Positions 27,718 to 38,800 of a DNA stretch of 55,290 bases are shown piece after piece (within the stretch, counting starts at the first letter, position 1; every line of letters begins with the position of its first letter). Origin of the DNA: a virus. Its lineage: Duplodnaviria; Caudoviricetes. The DNA lies in IMG/VR virus record IMGVR_UViG_3300032006_000008, positions 1 to 55,290 of that record; one strand, written 5' to 3'. Under the pieces are notes generated by a model. The model worked only from the letters and a program-made list of their open reading frames with translations, was not told where the DNA came from and searched no databases. The translations under genes and the position numbers were made by a program.

Positions 27718-28085
27718 AGTGTCCAGTTTGTGGTTATTTGTATGGTAGTAACAAAAAGCAATCAGAGGATTTAGGTGAGATGATGAGGAAGAGAGGTGAA
27801 AAGACTAGAAAACTAATACAGAAAGTTCAAAGGGATATAGTTAAAAAAGTACCTTCAGATAGAACATTAAATTCATATTGGAAGTTTATAAAAGCAGTTG
27901 AACACATAGAAGATAGAGAATTAAGAAGAGGAATAAATGATTTTTACAAAGCCAATCACATAAACTATGGAAGAGGGTTAGCATATTTAAAAGCAATTAT
28001 AGTTAATAAACATCTAAACAAAGATAAACAAAAAGAATTAGAACGTAAACGGCTTGGCAGTACGCCACCATTAAGGGAGATATAA
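27714..28085 (+). CDS. Hypothetical basic protein (possible replication/loader accessory)
   Basis: N-terminal CPVC; LAYLKAII weakly resembles a DnaD-type motif. Confidence 0.5.
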   Translation: MKCPVCGYLYGSNKKQSEDLGEMMRKRGEKTRKLIQKVQRDIVKKVPSDRTLNSYWKFIKAVEHIEDRELRRGINDFYKANHINYGRGLAYLKAIIVNKHLNKDKQKELERKRLGSTPPLREI

Positions 28086-28086
28086 T

Positions 28087-28278
28087 ATGTTTATGGTATA
28101 TTGGAAAAAGATGCTAAAAGACAAAACAGATGCCCCAATGATGAGTTTTGATACTAGCATAGAAGCAAGAGCATATATTAAAGGGATAATAGATGCTATA
28201 AAAATCCATGTTGAAGGCACGGATGAAATTAAACTAATAAAAGAGTTTGAAGTGCGTGAGCACAGAACTCAGAAATAA
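28087..28278 (+). CDS. Hypothetical protein
   Basis: 63 aa, GGGAG RBS. Confidence 0.55.
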   Translation: MFMVYWKKMLKDKTDAPMMSFDTSIEARAYIKGIIDAIKIHVEGTDEIKLIKEFEVREHRTQK

Positions 28279-28287
28279 GAGGATAAA

Positions 28288-29067
28288 ATGCAAAAAAGAG
28301 ATTGGAGAGTAGAAGATACTCTATTCCCTGTATTAGAAGTAGAAGCTATTGGTGGACCAGATGGGACAGTTGACATTCTAGATAAAACAGGATATAAATT
28401 CATAGTACGAGAAGATACTCATGAGGTTATTAGTTGCGTAACTAATGATTATAAATTAGTTGAAAATAAAACCTTATTTGAAAGTACTGATAAAATTGCC
28501 AAGAAACTTGGAGGTACTTTAGTAGAAGCTCGCAGCTTTAATAATAAAAAGACTGATTATAAATGGAGATTTAATAAGCCAGTCAAACTAGGAAAAGGTG
28601 AAGAACACAAGCCAGAAATAATGATTAGAAATAGTTATGATGCATCATGTGAAGTATCAATTATGGCTGGAGCCTTTAGATTAGTATGTTCTAATGGTAT
28701 GGTAATAGGCACAGTTCTTGATAATGTTTCTAATAGACATTCTGTATGGAATAAAAATCTTGAAGATATTGAAGACATGATTAATGACTCAGTAAAGAAA
28801 ATTACTGAATTATTAAATAGTGGATATGATTTAATGTCTACAAATAAACCTACCCAGAAACACATTAAAGAGTTGTTTAAGATATTTCCTACTCAAGCAA
28901 ACGAGCAATTAACTCAGTATTTAATAGCAAATAAACCAAAAACATTTTGGGATTTATACAATGCTGGGACATGGTTACTTAGTCATGGAATGAATAGAAA
29001 TGCTTGGTCAACAAATAAGCTTGAAGGAACTTTATTTAAAACAGTAAATAATTGGGCTAGAGCGTGA
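28288..29067 (+). CDS. DUF932/DUF945 family protein
   Basis: IVREDT...VTNDYKLVEN, IMIRNSYDAS, FRLVCSNGM, T.WDLYNA. Confidence 0.85.
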   Translation: MQKRDWRVEDTLFPVLEVEAIGGPDGTVDILDKTGYKFIVREDTHEVISCVTNDYKLVENKTLFESTDKIAKKLGGTLVEARSFNNKKTDYKWRFNKPVKLGKGEEHKPEIMIRNSYDASCEVSIMAGAFRLVCSNGMVIGTVLDNVSNRHSVWNKNLEDIEDMINDSVKKITELLNSGYDLMSTNKPTQKHIKELFKIFPTQANEQLTQYLIANKPKTFWDLYNAGTWLLSHGMNRNAWSTNKLEGTLFKTVNNWARA

Positions 29068-29903
29068 AACGAAGAGGAGATTGGTTAAAATGCCCCACTA
29101 TAATACCATATATAGGGGGCAAATACCAATTTAGTAGAACTCTTGTCCCATTGATGCCAAAGCATGACAGGTATGTTGAAGTGTTCGCAGGTGGATTATC
29201 CATGTTCTTTAGAAAGAAAAGTGCAAGAAGAAGTATAGTTAATGATGTTGATAAGAATTTGATTAATTTGTATATTTCCATACTTGAAAAGAATGAGGAA
29301 TTTAAGGAATACCTATTCTGGTATCCTAAGAGCAGAAGTCTCCACAAGATTCTAAATGACACCTTTGATAAGGAGTTAACGGATTTTGATTTACCTAATG
29401 GTAAAAGAGCTGCTGATTATTTCTATTTAATTAGAAATACTTTCAATAAGACTCTTGTTAATAATACAATGAGTACTGATGCATATTGGAACACAGATAT
29501 TTGGGAAGAATTAATGTATTCAAGAGAGAAATTAGATAATACGTTGATAGAAAATTTAGACTTTGAAACACTTATAGAAAAGCATTCTCCAGAAACAAAT
29601 GATTTTTGGTACTTAGACCCACCATATATAGTAGCAGATACAAGAAAATATTATACTCATAATTTCTCATATGAAGACCATGTAAGATTAAAGGAAAATA
29701 TAGATAAGATTCATAAAAGTGGTGCAAAATTTATGATAAGCTATGATGATAAAGAGGATGTTTATAATTTATACAGCGATTATAAAATTCATGCAATTCC
29801 AGTACAATACAATACAAATAGAGGAGAAGGAACGAAAGATAAACTTTACAACGAATTAGTTATAGTCAATTACGATATAACAGAACAACAGTCATTATTC
29901 TAG
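29064..29903 (+). CDS. DNA adenine methyltransferase, Dam/D12 family
   Basis: PYIGGK, YVEVFAGG (motif I), VND, IENLDF, YLDPPY (motif IV). Confidence 0.9.
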   Translation: MKRRGDWLKCPTIIPYIGGKYQFSRTLVPLMPKHDRYVEVFAGGLSMFFRKKSARRSIVNDVDKNLINLYISILEKNEEFKEYLFWYPKSRSLHKILNDTFDKELTDFDLPNGKRAADYFYLIRNTFNKTLVNNTMSTDAYWNTDIWEELMYSREKLDNTLIENLDFETLIEKHSPETNDFWYLDPPYIVADTRKYYTHNFSYEDHVRLKENIDKIHKSGAKFMISYDDKEDVYNLYSDYKIHAIPVQYNTNRGEGTKDKLYNELVIVNYDITEQQSLF

Positions 29904-29915
29904 AAGGGAGATAGT

Positions 29916-31274
29916 ATGACAAAAAATAGTCCAATAGCAGAGCTACCCAGAGCTATAGACGCTGAGGAATCAGTAATTGGGTGCATATTGCTACACGGTG
30001 TTGATGTATATGAAGATGTACAGCCGTGGATAAAAAACGCAGAAGTTTTCTATAAAGAGATTCATCAAGAATTATGGAAAGCCTGCACATCTCTATACAA
30101 AGAAAATCAAACAATAGATATAATCACAGTTAAAGAAAAATTAAATGAAATGAAACTAAATTTAATAAATAAGGATGATTATGGGGCATATTATTTAACT
30201 GGACTAACTCAAGGTATTATAGGAAAGGCAAATATCAAGCATCACGCAAAGATAGTTTATGAAAAGTATGTACAAAGAAAGACAGCTGTAAGTTCATATT
30301 CATTATTTGATAAAGCAAGTGACAACTATAAAGATATACAGCAAGGATTAGTTGAACATGAAAGATTGATTGATGAATTAAAATCAATACAACCAACTAG
30401 AAGAAAAACAATTGACGATGTAATGGATGATACTATAGAAGCATTAGAAACATCAAATGATATTATACCCTTTGACTTTGAACCATTAGATATTTCATCT
30501 AGAGGAATGACAAGAAAAGAAATAACTATTCTTGGAGGTAGACCAGGGCATGGTAAAACTACCTTAATGATTAATATTATTTCCAAGTTAGTCTTATCAG
30601 GTAAAAAGGTAATGGTCTTTTCTAGGGAAATGAGTAAAGAAGAATTAATGAAAAAACTATTAATATTAGAAAGTAAGAATTTAGAATACTCAGCGTTAAG
30701 AAAACCAGAGATGACAGAGGATGAGCAACAACAGCTTGATAGAGCAATATTAGAAATACGTAGTAAGTATCGCAATTTGACCATCTATGATAACATAAGA
30801 ACCCTTAGCGAATCAATGCGGGAGATAAGTAGACATAAACCTGATGTTATTTTTGATGATTATGTCCAATTGATACAAGTAGATATAAATGGAAACAATG
30901 ATAGAAGGTTTCAGATAGAAACTATTATGATGGAATACAAATGGATAGTGAAAAAGATTAATGCTTCTGCATTTTTACTAAGTCAATTAAATAGAGAAAT
31001 AGAAAGAAGATTAGACCCAGAACCAAAATTAAGTGATTATGCAGAAAGTGGTGTAATTGAACAAGTTGCAGAAACAGCGATGTTTGTATTTTATGGATAT
31101 AATTTTGACCATGAAGAATATGGAAGAAATGAAAGTAAAATCATTGTAGCAAAATCTAGATATGGACAAATTGGACAATATGTAGTTGGATTTAATGGAG
31201 ATAGATGTAAATATTATAATAACCCTCAAGAAGCAGAAGATGAAATCACAGGACAAAGAAACTTATTGTCATAA
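29916..31274 (+). CDS. dnaB: DnaB-like replicative helicase
   Basis: AEESVIG N-domain, Walker A GRPGHGKT, FSREM, DYVQL, SQLNR, ESGVIEQ.A, KSRYG. Confidence 0.92.
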   Translation: MTKNSPIAELPRAIDAEESVIGCILLHGVDVYEDVQPWIKNAEVFYKEIHQELWKACTSLYKENQTIDIITVKEKLNEMKLNLINKDDYGAYYLTGLTQGIIGKANIKHHAKIVYEKYVQRKTAVSSYSLFDKASDNYKDIQQGLVEHERLIDELKSIQPTRRKTIDDVMDDTIEALETSNDIIPFDFEPLDISSRGMTRKEITILGGRPGHGKTTLMINIISKLVLSGKKVMVFSREMSKEELMKKLLILESKNLEYSALRKPEMTEDEQQQLDRAILEIRSKYRNLTIYDNIRTLSESMREISRHKPDVIFDDYVQLIQVDINGNNDRRFQIETIMMEYKWIVKKINASAFLLSQLNREIERRLDPEPKLSDYAESGVIEQVAETAMFVFYGYNFDHEEYGRNESKIIVAKSRYGQIGQYVVGFNGDRCKYYNNPQEAEDEITGQRNLLS

Positions 31275-31719
31275 TACATTTGTAGGAATAGACCCAGGCG
31301 CAAGTGGTGGTATAGCTATGATACATGGAGATGAATGTGTTGCTTGGAAGTTTCCTAGAGACAGAAAACAATTAATAAAGATTATAAAAGCTATTAAAAG
31401 AACTAATAGAGTTAATAAGATTACTTGCTATATAGAAAATGTCCATGCATTTCCAACAGATGCTAGAAGTAGAGCATTTGCATTTGGAAAGAATTTTGGA
31501 GTTTGGCTCGGAATGTTGACTGCCTTTTCTTTATCTTACAATAAAGTTACCCCTTCTACTTGGCAGTCGCATTTTGGGTCTTTTCCAAAAGAAAAGAAAC
31601 ATAGGAAAAATGCTATTAAAGATATAGCAAAAGAAAGATTTCCTAACACCGATAAAATTACATTAGCAACAGCTGATGCAATACTAATAGCGTTATACGC
31701 AAAGGAGGAAAAATGTTAA
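31240..31719 (+). CDS. RuvC-like Holliday junction resolvase
   Basis: GIDPG..GG, IENVH, FG..FG, VTPSTWQ, ADAILIA; start probably 31240. Confidence 0.85.
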   Translation: MKSQDKETYCHNTFVGIDPGASGGIAMIHGDECVAWKFPRDRKQLIKIIKAIKRTNRVNKITCYIENVHAFPTDARSRAFAFGKNFGVWLGMLTAFSLSYNKVTPSTWQSHFGSFPKEKKHRKNAIKDIAKERFPNTDKITLATADAILIALYAKEEKC

Positions 31720-31961
31720 GTCAAAAAGGAAATACCAAATCTTGGTTTAAGATTGGAATAGAAGAGTTTTTATGCATAAAAGCAGATACAATTACAATGG
31801 ATGATGTTGGATTAAGATTAGATACTTTGGAAATAGATTTCTTTCCATTTAGATTTACGATAACACAACAAAATGGAGCACAAGTAACATTTGCAATTGA
31901 TTTCATATTAGCTCAATTTGCTTTTACTGTTTCTCTTGGAAGAGGTTTCAGATATGAGTAA
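31713..31961 (+). CDS. Hypothetical protein
   Basis: 82 aa, AAGGAGG RBS. Confidence 0.6.
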   Translation: MLSQKGNTKSWFKIGIEEFLCIKADTITMDDVGLRLDTLEIDFFPFRFTITQQNGAQVTFAIDFILAQFAFTVSLGRGFRYE

Positions 31962-32121
31962 AGACTTATGGTTAAGAAAATTATTAAAACTAGCTCAAGA
32001 GAATATGGAAGAAGCTCTTCAGAAATCGTCTATAAATGAATGGGGGGAGTCTAAGGTTTATATGAAAATGGTTCAGCAAAGACTAAACGCTATGTCAGAC
32101 TACATTAAAGCAAAGAATTAA
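31954..32121 (+). CDS. Hypothetical protein, last + strand gene
   Basis: GAGGT RBS; its stop overlaps the stop of the convergent gene (TTAA). Confidence 0.55.
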   Translation: MSKDLWLRKLLKLAQENMEEALQKSSINEWGESKVYMKMVQQRLNAMSDYIKAKN

Positions 32122-35100
32122 TAGTCTTCATCTATAGTCTCATAAATGTCGTTCATCACATTTGCTCCTGGAACATAAGCTCTTAAACCTGCCCATCCCT
32201 CTCCTTTTACTAAGGATAATAATACGTTTACAATAACAGGTAGGAAAAAGAACTGCCAATCTTTGACATATTGCTCTTCTTCATCTTCTGTCATTTGTCC
32301 AGCCACTAATAATCCCAACATTAGTGTTCTTAAAATAAATGATATAGTTACAGATTGAGCACCCCTTACACTATTTCCCATAGGCATTGGTAAAAATCTT
32401 CTTAATATAGAATTAGCAAGAGAAATTCCAGGAGCAAATGTAGATAAAACAGTCAATACTGACATACCTCCTCTAATAGCTAAAAATGTAAACATTCTCT
32501 CAGCAGATAAATCAAATTTAGGATTGCCACTAGCTATTAAATCACCATATCCTAATTTCTCTCCTGTTAATGTTCTAGTAACTTTTCTTTTGCCAGCTGT
32601 AAGTAGCCTAGAACTCCAGCCTGGAACATGAAAAAATCCCCCACTCTCAGAAAAGAATTGCTCCATTATATTGTACTCTCTGACCCATTGAGCAAATGTA
32701 TAGGTTTTGAATTGAAAACCTACCACCCCAAATAACCCACCAAACATCTTTGGAAAATATTCCCTAGACATACCAAACATAGTATTTTTAACATTGACCC
32801 TAGCCATTATTAATGAAGGGGCTTGTTTATATTTATTACCCTCCTTATTTGCGTCAAGTTGTCCTAGTTTCTCTGCTAGTAACATACCTTGAATAGCAGC
32901 CCTCCTTCTCATAAATAATTCCACACCACTAAAAGTGAATAAAGATTTTGCACTTTCACTAATTTGCCACGTTAACATCCATGATGCTAACTGATTAATC
33001 TGGCTACTATTTAAACTCTGGTTTAAATCCTTAATCCTTTTCTTTAAAATTAAAATTTCTTTTCTAGTAGCTACCGCTTCTCTAATATCATTTTCTTTTA
33101 TATTATCTATATTTTCTTTCTTAGAAAGAATTTTCTTTAAATGATTCATTTGCAACCAAAAAGCTGCTCTTTGTTTCCTTAATGCTTCATAATTATCTTG
33201 GTCTTTTTGTGGAAGTAGTCTCATTAACCATCTATCTATTCCAGTATTCTTGTTTATAAAATCTTTTTTATTCATCTTTAAAAGAGACCAATTGAGCCTT
33301 GCACTCATAAAAGTATGCCACGGGGTTGATGATTCATCCCCACCTGCCATATAATCAGTATAAGCTGTAATTAAATCATCAACTCCACTAGCTTCTACAG
33401 CGTCTAATACTTCAGCGTCTTTCATCATTCCCCTAACAGCTAGAGTGTCTCTAAATCCCCAGTCTTCTATTAGACTTTCCATTTGAGTCATGTTTGTAAT
33501 GGATGATAGCCAATTCAAAACATTACCAGAAACCCAGTTATTATGGTTAGATGCCCACTTAGAAACTTGCCTTGATGTTACTGGAGAAGTTTGTCCGTTT
33601 CTACCTCTAATGGCATTAATCCTATCAGCTGATTCTTGAAATCCATACTTAAAACCTAAAAATCCAGCGTCATAAGATAAATCTTTTAGTGATATTTTAG
33701 TTTGATTTATAAGCCATCTTCTCATCTCTGGGCTTTCAATAATTATCATAGCTTTAAGCAGCTCTGCTTTAAGTCTGCTGTACTGAATAGCTGTTACAAA
33801 TCTATTAGTATAATCTCTGTCTAGGTCTATATCTCTTCTTCTATTAAGAGGGTTTGTAAAAGTTTTTCTATGCTTAGTAAAGTGAGACCTAGTGGCTAGT
33901 TTCATTTTTCTTATATTCTTTGGATTGTAAGGGTCATCAAGAGCCAATGTCTTCATGTCTTGCATCCCGTCTCTCATATCTTCTAAGCTTTTTATCTTAG
34001 ATTCTAATCTAGCCTTTCTGTTCATGTGAAAATAAAACTCTTGAGGGGTAACTAGTTGCTCTCCAGTTGATACTCCCTGTTTAAAATCATTTATTATCTC
34101 CTCAGAATCTTGAAGCTCACCTTTTAGTGCGTTTATCATACCTCCTGATTGGGCAATAGCTTCGTCTACATCATCCCAATAAGTATCTTTTGTATATACT
34201 TGTGGTGAATAATTTTGAGTTACTTTTTTAGTGAACGTATCCCATCCTGCGATAGCCCCATCTCTCATAGTTGCAAGATTCGCCGCCATCCCTCCAATGT
34301 CCTCAATATATTCTAATATCTCTTTATAGTCCTCCATAGCATCTTGCTTCATTTTCTTCTCAGCTAGAATCTTAGCTTCATTTAGAATTTTATTAGTCGC
34401 CTCTATTTCCTCCTCTACCATGTTAATAAACTTTGCATTTTGCTCTCTCTTTAACTGGAGAGCTTGCCATATATTATATTGACCCGGATTCTGCGTTTTA
34501 TTATTAATACCAGCTATTTCATCAATTGGCTGTCTTTCTAAGTATTCAAAATCTGAATAACTATCTACATTTTTATTGCTATCACCTATTGTATAATCAT
34601 ACTGAGTATGTTGAGTAGCTTCATGAAATCCTTCTCTCATTCCAGTCCCTTCCCACATACCATCCATCTGAGCCCCAATAGTCGGCACCCACATATATTC
34701 ACCAGTTTGAGGGTCTATTCCACCTCTCCTTATCATGACAGCAGCATAATATTCATGTTGATTATTAGGCTCAGACCCATCCTCATTTCTTTTCATCATT
34801 ACCCAAACAGATTCAACTCCATTTTTTTCTTGCTGATTAATAATCATCTCATGATGACTCGGACCTTGATATGCTTCTCCAAACTCTGTTGTGTATTCTT
34901 TTCTATATGTAGTTAAAAAATCCTTTTCTTCTTCTGTTAAGTTTTGATATAAAGTAGGAACTATATACCTTACCCTTCCATCAGCTAAATCCGATAATAA
35001 ACGAATATAATCATCTCTTATCAAATCTTCTTGTTTCTCTCTGGTTAAGTCATCAAAATGCTTATCAACAACTAATTCTTTGCTAATCCTCTCGGTAACT

Positions 35101-35879
35101 TGCTCCCCTATTACCTCCTCAACAATGGGATAATCATACCTTTCCTTATGCATAGTTCTGAATCTAATGTCTTCTAGATTTTTATAATTCCTTAATGTTG
35201 AGAGAACTCTTTTAGTAAAAAACCCATTAATTTCTCCATAGGCATCAACAAATGGCTGTTGCATATCAAATATTGATTCATTAAGACTTGTTATTTTATC
35301 TAAAATCAGAACACCTGCCCCAGTCTCTTCTTGAGTTGCAACCATTCTAAATATATCCCTTGAATACTCATTCCAGTTCCCAAGCTTCTTCTTTGGTTTT
35401 ACCCTTACAAACCTATCTACCATTTGAGAATATTTTTTTATTAATGGGACATTTAAGTGATTAAGATTCATCAAAGGAAATCCTAGATAATTATAAGACA
35501 TTACATTTACTGCATCTATAATTTGATGATTGGGCATTACAAACAGAGTCTTAGCCATAACATCAGCAGCGTGCTTAGCTAGGTCATTGTATATTTTATA
35601 ATGCAATCTTAGTCTTAATTTCTCACTTTTCAATCTCCCCACCATTACTTTTCTTCTTTTCTTTATCTCTTTTACTCTTTTATAATCTTTTAGAGATTTT
35701 TGTAATAGAAGTTCTTTATCTAAAGCTTTTATTTCTATTTCAAAACCAGTAGATAAATCTTTTGGTTGTCCAATTGACTGGTTTAAAGAACCAAGAATAG
35801 ACGTTGTTAAAGACTTAGCCTCTTCTTTTGTTACTTTAGACTCAAATAAAACGTTACAATAGTCTGCTGCTCTGCTCAT
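32118..35879 (-). CDS. Large internal virion (ejection) protein with C-terminal membrane helices
   Basis: 1253 aa, helical; FGVVGFQFKTY (QFKxY motif of podovirus ejection proteins) and several hydrophobic C-terminal helices; last gene of the late operon. Confidence 0.7.
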   Translation of the reverse strand: MSRAADYCNVLFESKVTKEEAKSLTTSILGSLNQSIGQPKDLSTGFEIEIKALDKELLLQKSLKDYKRVKEIKKRRKVMVGRLKSEKLRLRLHYKIYNDLAKHAADVMAKTLFVMPNHQIIDAVNVMSYNYLGFPLMNLNHLNVPLIKKYSQMVDRFVRVKPKKKLGNWNEYSRDIFRMVATQEETGAGVLILDKITSLNESIFDMQQPFVDAYGEINGFFTKRVLSTLRNYKNLEDIRFRTMHKERYDYPIVEEVIGEQVTERISKELVVDKHFDDLTREKQEDLIRDDYIRLLSDLADGRVRYIVPTLYQNLTEEEKDFLTTYRKEYTTEFGEAYQGPSHHEMIINQQEKNGVESVWVMMKRNEDGSEPNNQHEYYAAVMIRRGGIDPQTGEYMWVPTIGAQMDGMWEGTGMREGFHEATQHTQYDYTIGDSNKNVDSYSDFEYLERQPIDEIAGINNKTQNPGQYNIWQALQLKREQNAKFINMVEEEIEATNKILNEAKILAEKKMKQDAMEDYKEILEYIEDIGGMAANLATMRDGAIAGWDTFTKKVTQNYSPQVYTKDTYWDDVDEAIAQSGGMINALKGELQDSEEIINDFKQGVSTGEQLVTPQEFYFHMNRKARLESKIKSLEDMRDGMQDMKTLALDDPYNPKNIRKMKLATRSHFTKHRKTFTNPLNRRRDIDLDRDYTNRFVTAIQYSRLKAELLKAMIIIESPEMRRWLINQTKISLKDLSYDAGFLGFKYGFQESADRINAIRGRNGQTSPVTSRQVSKWASNHNNWVSGNVLNWLSSITNMTQMESLIEDWGFRDTLAVRGMMKDAEVLDAVEASGVDDLITAYTDYMAGGDESSTPWHTFMSARLNWSLLKMNKKDFINKNTGIDRWLMRLLPQKDQDNYEALRKQRAAFWLQMNHLKKILSKKENIDNIKENDIREAVATRKEILILKKRIKDLNQSLNSSQINQLASWMLTWQISESAKSLFTFSGVELFMRRRAAIQGMLLAEKLGQLDANKEGNKYKQAPSLIMARVNVKNTMFGMSREYFPKMFGGLFGVVGFQFKTYTFAQWVREYNIMEQFFSESGGFFHVPGWSSRLLTAGKRKVTRTLTGEKLGYGDLIASGNPKFDLSAERMFTFLAIRGGMSVLTVLSTFAPGISLANSILRRFLPMPMGNSVRGAQSVTISFILRTLMLGLLVAGQMTEDEEEQYVKDWQFFFLPVIVNVLLSLVKGEGWAGLRAYVPGANVMNDIYETIDEDY

Positions 35880-38800
35880 TTTGTTTTACAATTTCCTAAT
35901 TTTTCTAATAATTTATATGAACCATCATCAAATGTTGCTAATTTTATTTTAGCCCCTACAGCAGGCTCTGAATCAGGAGCATCTCTATATACCTCTGCAA
36001 ACTTGCTACCAAACAATCTAAAAAACCTTCCATCAATTAAATCCATTGGTAAAAAATGGCTCACATTTCTTATCCTGTCAACCCTTAGAGAGCCTTCTCC
36101 CCTTAATTTTAATTTCTCAGCCCTTTGAGACAGCTCTTCTTTAGTCGCTTCTATTTTATTTTCTAGATGGTCTATAGTCTCTTTTAATAAAACTGTTTGA
36201 TTATAGGCAGAATCAAGGTTTGATTTTATTCTTTGAAAATTGGCATATTGAGCTTTATTTTTAAAATCTTGAGATGAGAGACCCTTTTTAGAAGTTAAAA
36301 GTTCATAATCACCCTCTTGGGTGAGTTCCATAGAAACACTCTTTCCATAATCAACCATCTGATTACTTACGCCTTGATGTAATTGTAATTGCCCTAAATA
36401 TTCTCTTTTATATCTCTTAAGCTGATTGGATTCTTTCATATTTTCAATTCTAATATCTCTAAACTTTAACCTAAGAGAAGCAGGAATCATGTCTTGTATT
36501 GTAGATGTCCCGCTAAAGAAAGATAGGGAAGAAACAAATCTTGCTCCATCTGATAGTGCATTGAAATGAGGAAGCCACTGAGAAATAAAATGATTATTAA
36601 AAACAACATCATGGTCAATCTTTGCTACATTCAATTCTATTTCATCAATCAAAGTATTTTTTTCATTTACAACTTGAAGTAACATATAAAATTCTTTATT
36701 CATCTTTCTAGCAAATGCAAGACCTGTAACTATATCATTATCTGATAATTCATATTCTTTAACCAAAGCTGAAAGTTTAGCTGCTCCTTCTGGTCCTGGC
36801 TTTCCAACTATAGCCTGCATAGCCATATACCTTGCATTGTCCTCTTGATTTTTTGACATCTGTAAAAAGTTTGGCATATCATCTATCTGATTATCAACCA
36901 TATGTTTCCAAAGAGAAGCGACTGTATCTTCTAAATATGTTGTAGGAACTGTCTTGTCTCCTTCTTTAATATTATTAAATTGAACATCGTTAATAACAAG
37001 AGGTCTTTGAGGTCTTCTTTGAGCTCTCATCTCTTCCATCATTCTTGCATTATAATCTTTAAATACCTTTTTAGGAACTTTTAAATCTAAAGACATAATA
37101 TCTTGAACTTGCTCTGCTACAGTCTTATTAGTTCTATCATAAACAACTTTGCTCATCTCAGTCAGCTTTTCTGCTCCAACATAACTTTGGTCTTCGTCTC
37201 TTCCTTGCCTTACTTCGCTTGTTTTAAAATGATTAACAACTTTTTTTACTAGTGTCTGAGCTTCCTTATGACCAGAGACTATCTCATTACCCTCTTTATC
37301 TATAATCTTAAATGTTCTACTTCTAATAAACGTAACAAAATTTTCTATAACACCTATAGATGTTTGGCGACCATATAAAGTGCTCCACCAAAGAGCTAGT
37401 AATCCTTTTGTACTTTCATCAAAAGAAGCCTGCTGGATAATAGCCATCTCCCTATCGCTTGTTGTCTTTAGATATTTTACTCCATCTATAACAACTATGG
37501 AGTCACCAATCGGAATATTCTCTTGAACAATATCATCACGAAGTGGAGCATAGTCCATTATTACTTCTTCATCAATTGCTCTTTGAGTTAGGATTACATC
37601 TTGATAGTAATGCCCACTAAAATTTATAGCTAAACCTTTATGATTAAGAGAAGACCTCATAGTTCTAGCGTTTTGCACCATGCCGACTTGAGTTCCAGTT
37701 TCAAAATTATTAGCAATTTCTGTCACTACATTTGGGGTGGTTGGAGTAAATACCTTTTGAGGGTCTGCAAATATATCTAAAGGAATTTGATATACCATAC
37801 TTTTATACTCATCAGTATAATCATACTTATCCCCTGATTTCTGCCATTGAAAATCAATTAATTCTTTAGTTAGCTCCCTGTCCCATTTCCTACTAGTTAC
37901 AGCATCTCCGTCAAAATCTTGTTCTAGCATTTTTTTCATAGTATCATGCATAAAGACAACATCCCCATAATCTCTATATAGAAAATGTGCAATTTCTAAC
38001 ATTTGAGGATTTGTAAAGTGCTGAATTGGAAATCTGTAAAACTGTTCCCACCTATCTTTACTTGGGTCTGGTGGATTATTTTTCAGAAAATCATTAATAG
38101 CGTCTACCTGTTTTCTTCTTCCCTCTCTTGTATTGCCCCATTTGTTCCATTTTTCTACAACTTGTTTGGCTTGCCCATATAGATATGCATCAACTACTAT
38201 ATTCCATGAAACATCAAAGGGGGTTGCTCCATATTGATGAGGTTCTAATATGCCATGAAAATCTGGAATAACATGACTATAATTAGCAGCTTGAAAGCGA
38301 CTTGCTTTTGTAGGCTTCCTTGATTTAACTCTACCTCTAAAAGCTCCATCAACAACAAACCTATTTTTTATCATACCAACTTGAGGGTTAGAAAAATGGC
38401 TATGTAACAATATTGCGAATGAATCTGGGTCTTCTTCTAACATTTCTATAGACTTTGATAAATCAGATTTTGTAATGGTTTGGCTTTTCTGCAAGCTCTT
38501 TAGCCACTTCGCAAGTATATTTGGATTTTCTCTCATAGCAGAAATAGAGTTAAAATAATCTTTTTGATTTGTCTTTACTGCTTCAATTAGCTTATCAAAT
38601 AGAGGTGCTATGTCTGGGTTAGTGGTTATCATATCTTGCCATTGGTCAAACCATTGGAAAGGAGCAGTTCCACTTCCTTTAGAAAAGAAGTTAGAGTTCA
38701 TTAATATTCTAATATCCCCAGGCTCCATATAGTTAACTGTATTAGCAACATCATAGTTACCCTGTGCCATCTTTTTTTCTTCATTTGAAAAGACTTCATC

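Noticed and set aside
32100-32130. Intrinsic terminator at the convergence of the two transcription units
   Set aside because: The stop codons overlap (TTAA) and no hairpin/U-tract is evident
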